From positions 128,335 through 192,334 of the IMG/VR virus record IMGVR_UViG_3300049893_001984: a DNA stretch of 64,000 nucleotides. One strand, given 5' to 3'. The notes under the pieces were generated by a model. The model ran no database searches. It was given only the letters and a program-made list of their open reading frames with translations, and was not told where the DNA came from. How positions within the stretch are numbered: the stretch's first letter is position 1; each line of letters starts with the position of its first letter. Source of the DNA: a virus. Below, piece by piece: positions 8,000 through 18,331 of the stretch. A program made the translations under genes and the position numbers.

Positions 8000-10972
8000 T
8001 TAGCTCTTTTTCCTATTCTCAGCACTATATCTCTCAACGAAGCGCTCAGCCACACCAGCTGCGCGTAATTCCTCGCTGCTCGCGTGCGTTCCCCACCTTG
8101 TACTAACATCAACATCGATGTCGAGGGTGAAGCCGCATGGCGAGTACCAGACTCCCGGTATGTCCCATTCCGGGCAGACGGTAAGCTTTTTCATGCACAA
8201 TGGGAGGACCTCGTCCACCATTGTAGCTATATGTTCAGAAGGCACTTCCAGCAAAAGTGCGTCATGCACTGCCAGAAGTATCTTGAACTTCACCGGCTTT
8301 GAAACTTCATAGTCCCGTCTATGCAATCGCATGACGGCCATGTTCAGCATGTCAGCAACAGTTGACTGTATCGGGAAATTCACAAACTCCCGTTCCTGTG
8401 CTGCCAGTTTTGTCCTGTCTGTGTCTGTCGTGGCCCTCCTTCTTCTGCCCATGGGGTTCTCGATGTACCCCGGATTGTGAACCATATTCTTACTCATTTT
8501 CACGTATCCGTCAACTTCAGTATACGTGGAGTAGTAGTTGTTAATCAGGGCCTGGGCCTGGTCCTGGGAACAGTCAATCTTACCCTTCGTTTCCTTCTTG
8601 ATCTGACGGGCAACAGCTTTGGCTCCACGCTGGTAAGGAATGCCAAAGTTTATGGTTTTCGTAGCAACTCGCTCCGCCTTGTACGTTTGCAACCAGTCAT
8701 CAGGCGGAGGAAGGAAGCTGTCAAAGCCATCCCATTTTGGACACCCAAAGTAATTAACTGCTCCTCGTGCATGCAGGTCAGCCGCTGCGTCTCGTATGAG
8801 GTCAGGGCAGTTAGCAAGGTATCCCAGTGTAAAGATTTCTGCTGATTTAAAATCAGCTTCAATAATGACATTCCCAGGTCCAGCAATGAAACACGAGCGT
8901 ATCGTTTCGAACGATTCGCCCATTATTCTCTGCAACTCCTTGTCCTGCTTTTTAGGCAAATTCTGCAGGTTGGGGTTGCTTGACTTCCAACGCCCTGTCT
9001 CGCTCATCTGTGAAATGCTTGTACGTATACGCCCGTCAGGGTCGATCAGCCCCACTAGGCCATCTACGTACTGCTCTTCACCATATTCGTCTACCGTTTC
9101 AGCAGACCTCAAAAACGTCTTCGTAATCTGATCAATCAGCTTGAAATCACGAAGCTTACTGACAATGGGGTTGGTTGACTGTACAGCCAACTGCTCCAAT
9201 GTCTCTGAGTCTGTTGAAGGAGACACGCCCAACCTATTCTGCGCTGGCAGCCTTACTATATCCTCCCACATACGAGCGGGCTTCTCGGTTGTCTTGTAGG
9301 GGACGAGGTTCAGGTTTCCCTTCTCAACCGGACCGTAAAGGAACTCTCTGAGCTGTATTACTGAACGGGGGTTAAACTGTTCGTCCCCGTGCATTTCACG
9401 TATTTCCTTTAGCAGCTCACGCTTCTTGCCTTCATATATATGGACGAGCTCGATCATCTTCTCGCGGTCAACGAGGATGCCTGTATTTTCGATCTCATGT
9501 ATTGCTGCTGTTACCGGTAAAACAATGTCTGTGAAACAGCGCAGAGGTCCTTCGTTGCCCTCTGATATGAGCTCTTTAACCATAGACTCTGATATTCTGA
9601 ATGTTGCGTCAACGTCGCAAGCAGAGTAAGGAAGCAGGAGCTCGTCGGGAACATCTAAGTAGCCCCTTTCAGACAACTGCTTCTCATTTACTTTGTTATC
9701 CTTAAGCCACTTAGCCGTAGGGTAATCGTACCTGCCCATGTCGGTATGACGCAGCGTACACATTTCCAAACCATGCTCGGCATTCTCGTTTAGGATGTGG
9801 TCCGCGAGCATGGTGTCAAACACCATGTGTTTTACGACTGGGACGCCTAGGTCTTCTAGCCACAAGGCATCAGCACGAAGATTGTGTCCAATAACCCCCA
9901 TTCCATCGGCAGTTACAAGTCTTCTCAACTCATCGATCATAAGAGAACGAGCTTGCAACGATTGGAGATCAACGCCACCTGCGCCACGTAGGCACATTAC
10001 ACAAGCACTCATCGGTTTCCAGCTGAACTGGATATAACGAAGAAGGCCTGACTTAGGTCTGCCACCCCACTCACAGTCAATGGATATGCGCCTGTACCCG
10101 GCTTCTAGTATTTCATTAACTGTGCTTGTCATCTCTTCCGGCGTGCTTATGTACCTGTAGTCGCGCTCTTCTACGGGCGTGTAAGGTCTGCCGGTTAGAA
10201 CAATATTCTTAAACTGCTTGAGGTCAGAGACTATGCCATGTTTGGCCCCTGCCTCAGAAAGAAGTACGCTTGGGTGGTTAGTTGCAAACACCCGTATCAC
10301 ATCTTCATCGCCGTCAAAGACCTCGATCGGAGGTAAGGCAGTGCCAAGGCTCCTGACATTCTTAAGCCCAAAAACCTTGCCCCTAACCTTTTCCAAGGTT
10401 GTCTGTTGCTCAAACACTGCCTTAACTGCTTCTGACCCCAGACACAATATGCACTTAGGCTTCGTGAGTGCTATCTCCTGGGCCAGAAAGGGGTAACTGT
10501 CTTTCTTCCACTGTGACTTTATGGTCTTACCACCGTCAGGTGGTGGAAACCGTAACGTGTTAACACAATAGAATGAAGATAGCATTTCATGTTCAAAGCC
10601 AGCCTCCTGCAGCAGCGTTGAAAATATGCTACCGACCTTGCCCGACATGGTCCTGCCAAAATCGGTGTCGTCCTTGTTGGGCGCCTTACCGATTATCATG
10701 ACAGGATATTCTACTATGGGCCCCCTAGGTGTTCTGCCGTCAAGGCAGCTAGAGGGCACAAAGTTGGCGTTATGGGAAACGCCCGTGCGCATGTCAGTAA
10801 CCGCGATGACTGTTGGCTCGTAAAGCAGCCGCCTGGCCATCTCGTTACTTGTTATCCCCCATCTAGCGGCCTGCTCATCTACGCAGTCCGTGAATGGGAA
10901 CTGGTCAAGTATCTCCGCCAGTTGCTTATCACTTGGCAACGGCGGGAGATAGGGCTGACCTAACGCTCTCAT
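8000..10972 (-). CDS. polA: Family A DNA polymerase with N-terminal UDG(family 4)-like domain and 3'-5' exonuclease
   Basis: Exo I SIDCEW, Exo II GHNLRAD, Exo III YSACD. Motif A EADFKSAE, B RVATKTINFGIPY, C VHDAL. N-terminal IIGKAP...N...KPKCILCLG...TNHPS. Confidence 0.95.
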   Translation of the reverse strand: MRALGQPYLPPLPSDKQLAEILDQFPFTDCVDEQAARWGITSNEMARRLLYEPTVIAVTDMRTGVSHNANFVPSSCLDGRTPRGPIVEYPVMIIGKAPNKDDTDFGRTMSGKVGSIFSTLLQEAGFEHEMLSSFYCVNTLRFPPPDGGKTIKSQWKKDSYPFLAQEIALTKPKCILCLGSEAVKAVFEQQTTLEKVRGKVFGLKNVRSLGTALPPIEVFDGDEDVIRVFATNHPSVLLSEAGAKHGIVSDLKQFKNIVLTGRPYTPVEERDYRYISTPEEMTSTVNEILEAGYRRISIDCEWGGRPKSGLLRYIQFSWKPMSACVMCLRGAGGVDLQSLQARSLMIDELRRLVTADGMGVIGHNLRADALWLEDLGVPVVKHMVFDTMLADHILNENAEHGLEMCTLRHTDMGRYDYPTAKWLKDNKVNEKQLSERGYLDVPDELLLPYSACDVDATFRISESMVKELISEGNEGPLRCFTDIVLPVTAAIHEIENTGILVDREKMIELVHIYEGKKRELLKEIREMHGDEQFNPRSVIQLREFLYGPVEKGNLNLVPYKTTEKPARMWEDIVRLPAQNRLGVSPSTDSETLEQLAVQSTNPIVSKLRDFKLIDQITKTFLRSAETVDEYGEEQYVDGLVGLIDPDGRIRTSISQMSETGRWKSSNPNLQNLPKKQDKELQRIMGESFETIRSCFIAGPGNVIIEADFKSAEIFTLGYLANCPDLIRDAAADLHARGAVNYFGCPKWDGFDSFLPPPDDWLQTYKAERVATKTINFGIPYQRGAKAVARQIKKETKGKIDCSQDQAQALINNYYSTYTEVDGYVKMSKNMVHNPGYIENPMGRRRRATTDTDRTKLAAQEREFVNFPIQSTVADMLNMAVMRLHRRDYEVSKPVKFKILLAVHDALLLEVPSEHIATMVDEVLPLCMKKLTVCPEWDIPGVWYSPCGFTLDIDVDVSTRWGTHASSEELRAAGVAERFVERYSAENRKKS

Positions 10973-11975
10973 ATATTAACTCCCATAGTCCCTCTCTGGT
11001 CATGGTCGCTGGATCTTCGCCTTTTGGCAAAGTAACGCAGTTGACCAGGCCATTGAAAGACGATGCCCTTATGTTTGAGGCTATTTGTTGCATGTCCTTC
11101 TGGGCGTCATCGTCCAGTACGATGATTATTGTCTTTCCATTCCAGGCTTCGAGACAATGCCCTTGCTGCATGCATGACATTGACTTACCAAGTAGAGCCA
11201 CTGCACAGGGGCCTACCCGAAAGGCGTCAAACACGCCTTCTACAACAACCCCAACAGGGTAAGTCTTTGCCCGATCACCGTTGAACAACATCCGGCCTTT
11301 TGGCAATCCAGGCATAGTAAAGTATTTAGGCGTTGACCCCTCAGTAATGGCTCTAGCCTGCCAACCTACCTGCTTGCCTTGCCAGAAGGCTGGTACGACT
11401 ATTCGATTAGAAGCAAGCCCATGAGGCGGAGGTGCGCTTATACAAAACTGCACCTGCCATACGTTCCATAGCTCCTCAACTGAGAACTTGCGCGCCTCTA
11501 TGTACTTAACTGCAGGATGTGATGCATCCAAGTCAACTATAGGAACACATGTGCCCGGAAGAGGTGCTTCGTTGAATGATTGATAAGTTTCGGGAGATTC
11601 AATAATAATGCTCTCACCAAGACGAACGCCTCCTGAGGCGTACATCCTCAACTCATCCTCAAACCTAGACAGCTCCTGGCAGTTTTCATTGAAACAATGG
11701 ATAAGCCATTTACCAAATGGCTTACCCTGCTCGTCAACTGTGTTCCACCTATAGCTGATGTACAGCCTGTACCTTTTGTCCCCACAATACGGGCAGCATA
11801 CTCTGTACTGCTCTCCGTGTTGTGCTATCTGCTGTTTAGTCTTTCGCTCTCGCCCTACGGCGAAAGGGTCGTCAACGTTAGCTACGGTTAGTGCCTGCCC
11901 TTGGTTGGCGACCTTCACTTTCCCATTAAACCTACGGCTTAATGCTGAAAACAACTGTTGATTAAGTACGGCCAT
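10929..11975 (-). CDS. DnaG-type DNA primase
   Basis: Zn finger CPYC...HCFNENC, RIVVP, TOPRIM VVEGVFDA and LDDD. Confidence 0.9.
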   Translation of the reverse strand: MAVLNQQLFSALSRRFNGKVKVANQGQALTVANVDDPFAVGRERKTKQQIAQHGEQYRVCCPYCGDKRYRLYISYRWNTVDEQGKPFGKWLIHCFNENCQELSRFEDELRMYASGGVRLGESIIIESPETYQSFNEAPLPGTCVPIVDLDASHPAVKYIEARKFSVEELWNVWQVQFCISAPPPHGLASNRIVVPAFWQGKQVGWQARAITEGSTPKYFTMPGLPKGRMLFNGDRAKTYPVGVVVEGVFDAFRVGPCAVALLGKSMSCMQQGHCLEAWNGKTIIIVLDDDAQKDMQQIASNIRASSFNGLVNCVTLPKGEDPATMTREGLWELIYESVRSALSPAVAK

Positions 11976-11983
11976 TGAACCCC

Positions 11984-13441
11984 CTACGTTTTAACTGGTT
12001 TGGGGAACGATTTAACACTATACCCAACCGGCTCGTCCTTGATGAGCGGAGATATAGATGAGCCTGGTATGGCATTAGGTCTATTCTTAGGCACAAGGTC
12101 ACCAGTTCTCTTGTCCAGCGCGAGGTCCTCACTTGTGGCCTTGAATGTAGCTATAGCTCCATCAAGCTGAAGGACTTGCTTTACACCGCTTTCCATAGAC
12201 CGGCCTTTGGTCATCATCACCTCGCAAGTCTTCTTCTCAGGATTGACAGTGGAGGCATGGAAAGTGCAATCAAAGTACCAGGCAAAAGACTTAAACTCTG
12301 CTGAGTCTCCTTGTGTCTTTGCCCCCTTCTTTCCAGCGGCTGCGGGCGTCAGCTGATGTGTGACAAGCCCCCAAGTGTTGGTCCGCATAGCCACGCCTTT
12401 AAGCTCGTAGCATAGCGCCTGGTAATACAGCCGATCTTCCTTGATGTTCTTGTACTTAGCCCTGAATCTGCAGCGATTGGCCATGGGCAAGAACCAGTCA
12501 ACAGCAAAGCCGCTGACTTTCTTTCCTTCCTTAGCAAGCTGCACAATAAGGCTTTCTATTTCGTCAGCTCCGCCGTCACCTACTTTGGTGGTCCCGGAGC
12601 AGTCGATGAAAATCAGTCGATCGCCGATGTCCGCAATGGCTTTCTTAAGCTTTGCTGCATCGGCTGGTTTTAGTGAATCCATGTCGCCAGCCTTCTCAAT
12701 AGTGTTTCGAGTAAGGCCTGAGGCGCATGCATACACGGGTATCATGTACTCGTTGCTCGTGCTCTGTTCGTACGAGAAAACAACGAAGTACTTTTCAATC
12801 TTTGCTACGTTTATACCTATCTGGCAACACATGGTAGTCTTTCCACCGCCAGACGGTGCCACGTAACCGTAGAGCTCACCTGGTCTAGTTCCGCCCCCTA
12901 GAAAATGGTCGAAGAACATTGTTCCAGTTGTCTCCCTTGGCTTAACGCCTAACATCAACGCCGATGAGTTAAAAGGCGTTACAAGTGATGTAGGCGCTTG
13001 TTTTATTGGTTCTGCTGCCTTCGCCAGCTCTATCAGGCGCTGAGCAGTCAAGTCTTGTGCCAACTGTGGCACAATCATTCGCTGGTAAAGGAAATCCTCC
13101 AACAACGAAATGCCGTACTCTGGGTTTAGGGACTCCGTAGGGTAATTTGAAAAACAGTTGTGCAAAAGCCTGTAGGTGTCTTCGATCTGGGCTTTTGTCA
13201 ACGTAACACTGTTGTTGGTCCTGGCATCCAAATCAGTAATCAACAACGGAAGTTCTGGCATAGCCTTAAACTGGTCGTAGTAAGATTTTGTGCACAGCCA
13301 TGCGAGAATAAATGGTATTTCTGCAGGGGAGTAGAAAGCTGTTATTGTCAGCTTATCAACAGCCTGCTTAAGGACGGCTGGGCACCTCATCAAGTGCACC
13401 ATGAACGTTTCTAATTGTATTCGCGTGAACTGCTTCATCAC
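11984..13441 (-). CDS. DnaB-like replicative helicase
   Basis: GGTRPGEL, Walker A APSGGGKT, FSYE, AVD, THQL. Adjacent to primase. Confidence 0.85.
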   Translation of the reverse strand: MMKQFTRIQLETFMVHLMRCPAVLKQAVDKLTITAFYSPAEIPFILAWLCTKSYYDQFKAMPELPLLITDLDARTNNSVTLTKAQIEDTYRLLHNCFSNYPTESLNPEYGISLLEDFLYQRMIVPQLAQDLTAQRLIELAKAAEPIKQAPTSLVTPFNSSALMLGVKPRETTGTMFFDHFLGGGTRPGELYGYVAPSGGGKTTMCCQIGINVAKIEKYFVVFSYEQSTSNEYMIPVYACASGLTRNTIEKAGDMDSLKPADAAKLKKAIADIGDRLIFIDCSGTTKVGDGGADEIESLIVQLAKEGKKVSGFAVDWFLPMANRCRFRAKYKNIKEDRLYYQALCYELKGVAMRTNTWGLVTHQLTPAAAGKKGAKTQGDSAEFKSFAWYFDCTFHASTVNPEKKTCEVMMTKGRSMESGVKQVLQLDGAIATFKATSEDLALDKRTGDLVPKNRPNAIPGSSISPLIKDEPVGYSVKSFPKPVKT

Positions 13442-13989
13442 GGCTCCTTTGGAAGCATCTTTGCCAGATGCGTCCTGTACGCAGGCTCGAACATAAGCAT
13501 TCTTCGAGCCGCGCTTTCAAATGTTTTTGCAACTGCAGTTAGTCCGCCGTCGCTCGCTACTGCAAATCTAAATACAGCAGAAAGAGACGCGTCAGGATCC
13601 ATTAAAATTTCTTCTAGTTTCTCGCCCCTACGCATCCTTCTTAAAACTTCCTGTGACTGCAAGCTGCAGAGAAGCTCTATCTCTTTTTCTCTTTCTGGTC
13701 TAGCTGCTAGGTACCGAGCAACTGTACTTGGGCTTGTCACCATCTGCTCATAAACGTTGTCACAACTTTGACAGTAAAACTCAAAAGCGTACCTCATAAA
13801 ACACCCAGGTTCGATCATGTTCTCAGCCAAAGTTCTGCCCAAGTCCCACCACAGCCTCTCACACTTCTTACCAGGGCCTTTATACGAAGGCTCGTAGGTC
13901 TGCCTTAAGTATGTGTAGGCTGTTTGAGCCGCCGATACGTAAACGGCTATCGTGGAGTCGTCCACGGTCGTATCTGTTTTATCTCCCAT
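13438..13989 (-). CDS. Hypothetical protein (possible helicase accessory factor)
   Basis: 183-aa ORF translationally coupled to the helicase. Confidence 0.6.
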   Translation of the reverse strand: MGDKTDTTVDDSTIAVYVSAAQTAYTYLRQTYEPSYKGPGKKCERLWWDLGRTLAENMIEPGCFMRYAFEFYCQSCDNVYEQMVTSPSTVARYLAARPEREKEIELLCSLQSQEVLRRMRRGEKLEEILMDPDASLSAVFRFAVASDGGLTAVAKTFESAARRMLMFEPAYRTHLAKMLPKEP

Positions 13990-15389
13990 CCCTTTTTCCT
14001 GTAGAAGGCCATACGCTGTCTGGCTCTTCGCTCCAAGCCTTGATCGTGCTCGTCCAGGAAATCATACATGATTCCAATTGTTTTGCCTGGATAAGCGCGA
14101 CAGACACGCCCTGGTATCTGTGTGCAAGCTATAGGGTTCGTCTGCCCTCCTGCATTTATGAGTACCTGAAGTTGTGGAAAATCAACCCCGGTTGACCACA
14201 GTGAGGTGGCGATCGCTCGCCTCAGCTCACCACTCTGAAATGAGTCGTGTAGCTGTATCCGCCTTTTGGTTGTAATCGGATGAACACCGCGCTGTATGTA
14301 ACCCTTTCGCTCTGCGTTAATTCTGAGCGCTGGTTCCATGTTGCCGTAGACAAGTTCAAAATCCGGTAAGTGCTTTGCTATCTCTATGACGTGCTCAACT
14401 TTTTCCACCAAAATAAGTATCTGCACATCCTTACCAAACTCAGCCTTCGCTTCCGTAACAGCGTCAACAATCATCCCATTACGGTCTGTGTTTCTCCATA
14501 TGCCATTTCTCTTTATGGAGATTGGTGTTACGTTTTGAATCCTCTGCGCATCCCTCATGCTAAGCATTCGTACCTCAATAGGTACAATCGCCCCAGTTTC
14601 TTGCACCTCTGCGTATGACACCTCAACTAAACGAGGGCCAAACATGGCCATTATTTCTATGTCAGCCTTGTCTCCCCTTCCGAATGGCGAGGCGCTAAAC
14701 CCAAACCTTCTTGCTTTCTTTAGATAGGCCATTGCGTCTGCTGGCGTTCTAGACGCACTCCTGTGTACTTCGTCGTAGATGAATATGTCGCAGTTCTCAA
14801 GATCGCATTTCATCAACGACTTATCAACAGCGCACGTTATGCGCCTGCCTGTTTCGTTTTTCCCTCCGCCGACCATTCCAACAGCCTGGTTAGGGAAAAT
14901 CTCTGAAAGCTTATCGTAAAAATCCCTGACAATTTCGGTGCTGTAACATGTGATTATTATCTTGGCTTCTCGCCACATGTTACATATCTGCTTTATTATG
15001 AAAGACTTCCCGGCACCGGTGGGGGCCTCAAATACGCCGCCGAATTCAGCTGCGGCTATGTTTGCCACGAGCTCAATCTGATGTTCGTCACGAAGAACGT
15101 GCATCTGACTAAGATCAGGGTCAGAAAGTCTGTAGCTCCTGCAGTCAGTTTCAGTTACTACATTTCCTGCCGCTTGAAGTTCGTCTATGACGAGGTCTCT
15201 AAGTCCAGCAGGCACAACAAGATGTCCGTCTTCTTCGCGGAAGAGGCGAAAAGTTACGTACTCCACGTCCTGTTGCCTGCCTCCTGTTTGCACTCGCCTT
15301 TCGTATGTTAGCGTGTCCTTAAGTACGTCAAGACACGAAGGTTCAATGTGGATCAGGTGATGATCCACTCTTGAAACAATCACTTTCAT
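13947..15389 (-). CDS. Superfamily 2 (UvsW-like) helicase
   Basis: APTGAGKS, DEVH, FSAS, STGVDFP, QIPGRVCR. Confidence 0.92.
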   Translation of the reverse strand: MKVIVSRVDHHLIHIEPSCLDVLKDTLTYERRVQTGGRQQDVEYVTFRLFREEDGHLVVPAGLRDLVIDELQAAGNVVTETDCRSYRLSDPDLSQMHVLRDEHQIELVANIAAAEFGGVFEAPTGAGKSFIIKQICNMWREAKIIITCYSTEIVRDFYDKLSEIFPNQAVGMVGGGKNETGRRITCAVDKSLMKCDLENCDIFIYDEVHRSASRTPADAMAYLKKARRFGFSASPFGRGDKADIEIMAMFGPRLVEVSYAEVQETGAIVPIEVRMLSMRDAQRIQNVTPISIKRNGIWRNTDRNGMIVDAVTEAKAEFGKDVQILILVEKVEHVIEIAKHLPDFELVYGNMEPALRINAERKGYIQRGVHPITTKRRIQLHDSFQSGELRRAIATSLWSTGVDFPQLQVLINAGGQTNPIACTQIPGRVCRAYPGKTIGIMYDFLDEHDQGLERRARQRMAFYRKKGWEIKQIRPWTTPR

Positions 15390-15406
15390 TTTTCTACCTC
15401 TGCTAA

Positions 15407-15718
15407 TTAAACAAGTGCTGCCAAAATTATCCGCATCAAGAACTTAAAAGCTAACTCTTTAGTAAGCGCTATTGTGTCCAGTTTTCCTATTACAGCATTA
15501 CGCGCGCCAGATAGCACTTCATTCTCTAGTTTATCTCTTTCTTCCTGGGTCATGTGAACGTACATCAGCATGTCAATTCGCGGCCAATTCTTATTAAGGA
15601 AATGTTTTATGAAGCCCTCGAAAACATGCTGGGCAGCTCTGCCTAGAGCGGGCAAATAAGGCTTAACTGCCTCCAGTACGACCTTTTCACTCTCGTTAAG
15701 ACCTTTTATCTCTTTCAC
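15407..15718 (-). CDS. Hypothetical protein
   Basis: 103-aa ORF, GTG start with SD GGAG. Confidence 0.6.
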   Translation of the reverse strand: MKEIKGLNESEKVVLEAVKPYLPALGRAAQHVFEGFIKHFLNKNWPRIDMLMYVHMTQEERDKLENEVLSGARNAVIGKLDTIALTKELAFKFLMRIILAALV

Positions 15719-15735
15719 TATTCAACATCTCCAAT

Positions 15736-15812
15736 TGGTAGCGAGGGTGGGATTTGAACCCACGACTTCCAGGGTATGAACCTGGCGATCTACCAGACTG
15801 ATCTACCTCGCG
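15736..15812 (-). tRNA. tRNA-fMet-like (anticodon CAT), CCA encoded
   Basis: CGCGAGGTAGATCAGTCTGGTAGATCGCCAGGTTCATACCCTGGAAGTCGTGGGTTCAAATCCCACCCTCGCTACCA. C1xU72 mismatch and A11:U24 are initiator features. Confidence 0.92.
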
Positions 15813-15819
15813 CCATTGT

Positions 15820-15855
15820 TGGCCTGGCTACGCCGTCTCAGACGTAGCCAGGCCA
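15820..15855 (-). promoter_or_regulatory. 13-bp hairpin immediately 5' of tRNA-fMet (processing or stability element)
   Basis: TGGCCTGGCTACG/CGTAGCCAGGCCA, no U-tract. Confidence 0.45.
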
Positions 15856-15859
15856 TGCC

Positions 15860-16216
15860 TTATTCCATCGGGGGAGAGCCAGATACTTTGACACAACCTT
15901 GAGGCACATTTGGTTGTGTCGTCATATTGTACCCGGACATCTCCAGTTTCACACGGGCTTTTACCCCAGCGGACGGCTCTTGTCCAAACACATAATCAAC
16001 AGCCAGTTGTGTGAAACTCGGGGCGGTATTGAAATACCGTTCCGCAATTTCCACTTTTTCCGCATCGGTTTTGGCTGCCTTGAACTCGTCGGCGGCGGTT
16101 GTAGTTTTGACGTTGAAGAAGCTAACGGCTCTCTTCACGCGATCGTCAGTACATCCAGCCAGCCCCGCAACAACGAACATAACAACCAAAATACCCGTCG
16201 TCAACTTCTTCATCAT
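15860..16216 (-). CDS. Lipoprotein
   Basis: MKKLTTGILVVMFVVAG-LAGC lipobox. Confidence 0.75.
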   Translation of the reverse strand: MMKKLTTGILVVMFVVAGLAGCTDDRVKRAVSFFNVKTTTAADEFKAAKTDAEKVEIAERYFNTAPSFTQLAVDYVFGQEPSAGVKARVKLEMSGYNMTTQPNVPQGCVKVSGSPPME

Positions 16217-16231
16217 TTGCCCCTCTGTGGT

Positions 16232-18331
16232 TTAAAGCGTTATCACCTGGTCACAAACGGACGCCAACCTCGGCTCGTGTGTAACCACAATTAACTGCAG
16301 GCCAGCAGAACGGCTGTACCCCCTCACCGATTCCAGTACACCACACACATTTTCAACGTTGTCGTGATCTAGAAAAGTGGTTGGCTCATCCAGGACCATC
16401 AGACCAAAATGGCCAACAAACATCTGGTACACCGCGAAACGGAAGGCAAGACCAAGCATTACTTTCTGCCCTCCGCTTAACCTTTCTGCTGCTTCCTCAA
16501 AGCCACCCGGCAAAATACACTTTACGGAAAAGTCTTCCTGAAACGCAGCTACAAACGGCGATGAAAACTTTTCCAAGTAATGTGCCAGGTGCACATTTAA
16601 GGCTTTTATGTATGACTGTGAGACAAGTCTCGGCAACTGGTCTCTATGCAGAAGTGACTTGGCGCCTTCAAGAAGATTTCGATACCTCTTCTTGCTGTCT
16701 AGCGCCTGCTCTTCGTATTTTAATTTATCTATAGCCAGCTGGTACTGCTCAATCTGTTTCGTGAGCAGTTCGCACTTTCCCTCTAAGGATGAAATTATAG
16801 CCGAGAACTGCCCCCAGTCGGAAACAATTGCTTTGGCATTTTCAAACTCGGAGTGTGACATAACCTCTTTCTGGCTGGCTATTTGAGCTTTAAGATATTC
16901 TTGCGAGTCTTTTCTGTGCCCTTCGTGGAACTTGAGCTTATTGGTTGCCACCTCGAATGCGTTGGCAACCTTATTTCGTGTCTGCTCAAAGGTGTTGAAT
17001 GCCTCCAGTACGTTTTTGCACTGTTCAATCACCTCATTGCTGACTGGCATTACATCAGCCAGTTGCTCAAATTCCTCCATTATGTGAACGCAGTCTTTTT
17101 CTGCGTTCTTGCAGTCACTCTCCCACTTTGAATAAAGCCTAGTGTGCGAGGAGAGTTCAGATTCCATTCTATCCATCTCTGCCTTCATGGTAGTGCCCAT
17201 CGGCTCCAGAAGCTTCACTTCAGATAAGTGTTTATCAATGTGAAGTGGGCTCAGCTCCTGTTGACACGTTGGGCAAGTATGATCTTTTTCAGCGGCAGCC
17301 ATAACTTTTCTGCTTATGGCTAGGCGGCTGGAAATCTCCATATACTTATCTACCAATGCTGAGAGATCTTTCTTTGTCACGGAGCAGGTGGGGGGAGGGG
17401 TGCCGAGGACGCTCTCCGCAACCTGCAGACGTGCAAAGAGGTCTTCTTTGCGCTTATACTTTTTGTTTGTTTCTTCGGCCCGAGAAATTATGTTTCTAGC
17501 TTCTCCAGCTTTAAAGCAGAAGTCTTCCATTTCCAACTCGTAATCGGCCAGGGTGTTGCTTAGATCTTTCATTTCAGCTTTGATCTCAGCAATTGCCAAT
17601 TCATCTTTTCTTATGGACTCAGTCAAATTCTCGATGCTTGATCTCGTGGATTCGTTTTTAAGGTACTCTTGGATTTTCAGGTTAAGGTGTTCAATCTCTG
17701 TGTGGCTGCGCTTTGTCCCAAGTTTTGCCAGTGTGCTCTCGGCCTCTCTCAGACTCTCTTGTGCCTCTTTTTGCTGTTTTACCAGCGTCTCTATTGTTGC
17801 CGCCTGACTACCAATAATAATCGTGCTTATTTCTTCAGACAGTGCCTCACGTATACCCTCAGTACGGTCAAGTCCAAACAAAAGCTGCAATGCCTCTTTT
17901 CTGTCGGATGCTCTCTGGAAGATGATCTGCTCAATCGCTCCCTGTTGCACAAATATCTGCCGCTTAAGTGTATCCGGTGTGACTCCTATGAGTTCTGACA
18001 TGTGTTGCTCAATTTCCGTCGCAGTGTTCCACTCCTGTTCACCGTAGGTCATCTTACCTTTAGCGGATGCAAGCGACCTCCGTATGTACCCATCATGACC
18101 GTTACTGTGAAACCAGAGCTCAATGGTGCCTTTGGTCTCACCTCGGGTAAGATCGTCTTCCTTCTTACCGATATTACCTGTCTCACCTGTCAAAGCCCTA
18201 TAGATAGCCTTGGTCAGGTTGCTTTTGCCCTTGCCGTTAGCTCCTAGAATGCCGACGACGCCAGGGTTGAACTGGATGTCGAGATTCTTGTGCTGACAGA
18301 AGTTGTTGAGCTTTAAGGCTTTAATTCTCAC
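16232..18331 (-). CDS. sbcC: SbcC/Rad50-like SMC ATPase
   Basis: GANGKGKS, Zn hook CPTC, coiled coils, LSGGQK, LDEPT, VTHE. Confidence 0.95.
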   Translation of the reverse strand: MRIKALKLNNFCQHKNLDIQFNPGVVGILGANGKGKSNLTKAIYRALTGETGNIGKKEDDLTRGETKGTIELWFHSNGHDGYIRRSLASAKGKMTYGEQEWNTATEIEQHMSELIGVTPDTLKRQIFVQQGAIEQIIFQRASDRKEALQLLFGLDRTEGIREALSEEISTIIIGSQAATIETLVKQQKEAQESLREAESTLAKLGTKRSHTEIEHLNLKIQEYLKNESTRSSIENLTESIRKDELAIAEIKAEMKDLSNTLADYELEMEDFCFKAGEARNIISRAEETNKKYKRKEDLFARLQVAESVLGTPPPTCSVTKKDLSALVDKYMEISSRLAISRKVMAAAEKDHTCPTCQQELSPLHIDKHLSEVKLLEPMGTTMKAEMDRMESELSSHTRLYSKWESDCKNAEKDCVHIMEEFEQLADVMPVSNEVIEQCKNVLEAFNTFEQTRNKVANAFEVATNKLKFHEGHRKDSQEYLKAQIASQKEVMSHSEFENAKAIVSDWGQFSAIISSLEGKCELLTKQIEQYQLAIDKLKYEEQALDSKKRYRNLLEGAKSLLHRDQLPRLVSQSYIKALNVHLAHYLEKFSSPFVAAFQEDFSVKCILPGGFEEAAERLSGGQKVMLGLAFRFAVYQMFVGHFGLMVLDEPTTFLDHDNVENVCGVLESVRGYSRSAGLQLIVVTHEPRLASVCDQVITL

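Noticed and set aside
8000-15389. Inteins or introns in polymerase, primase or helicases
   Set aside because: Motif spacing is continuous. No C/S...HN splice motifs or LAGLIDADG blocks seen.
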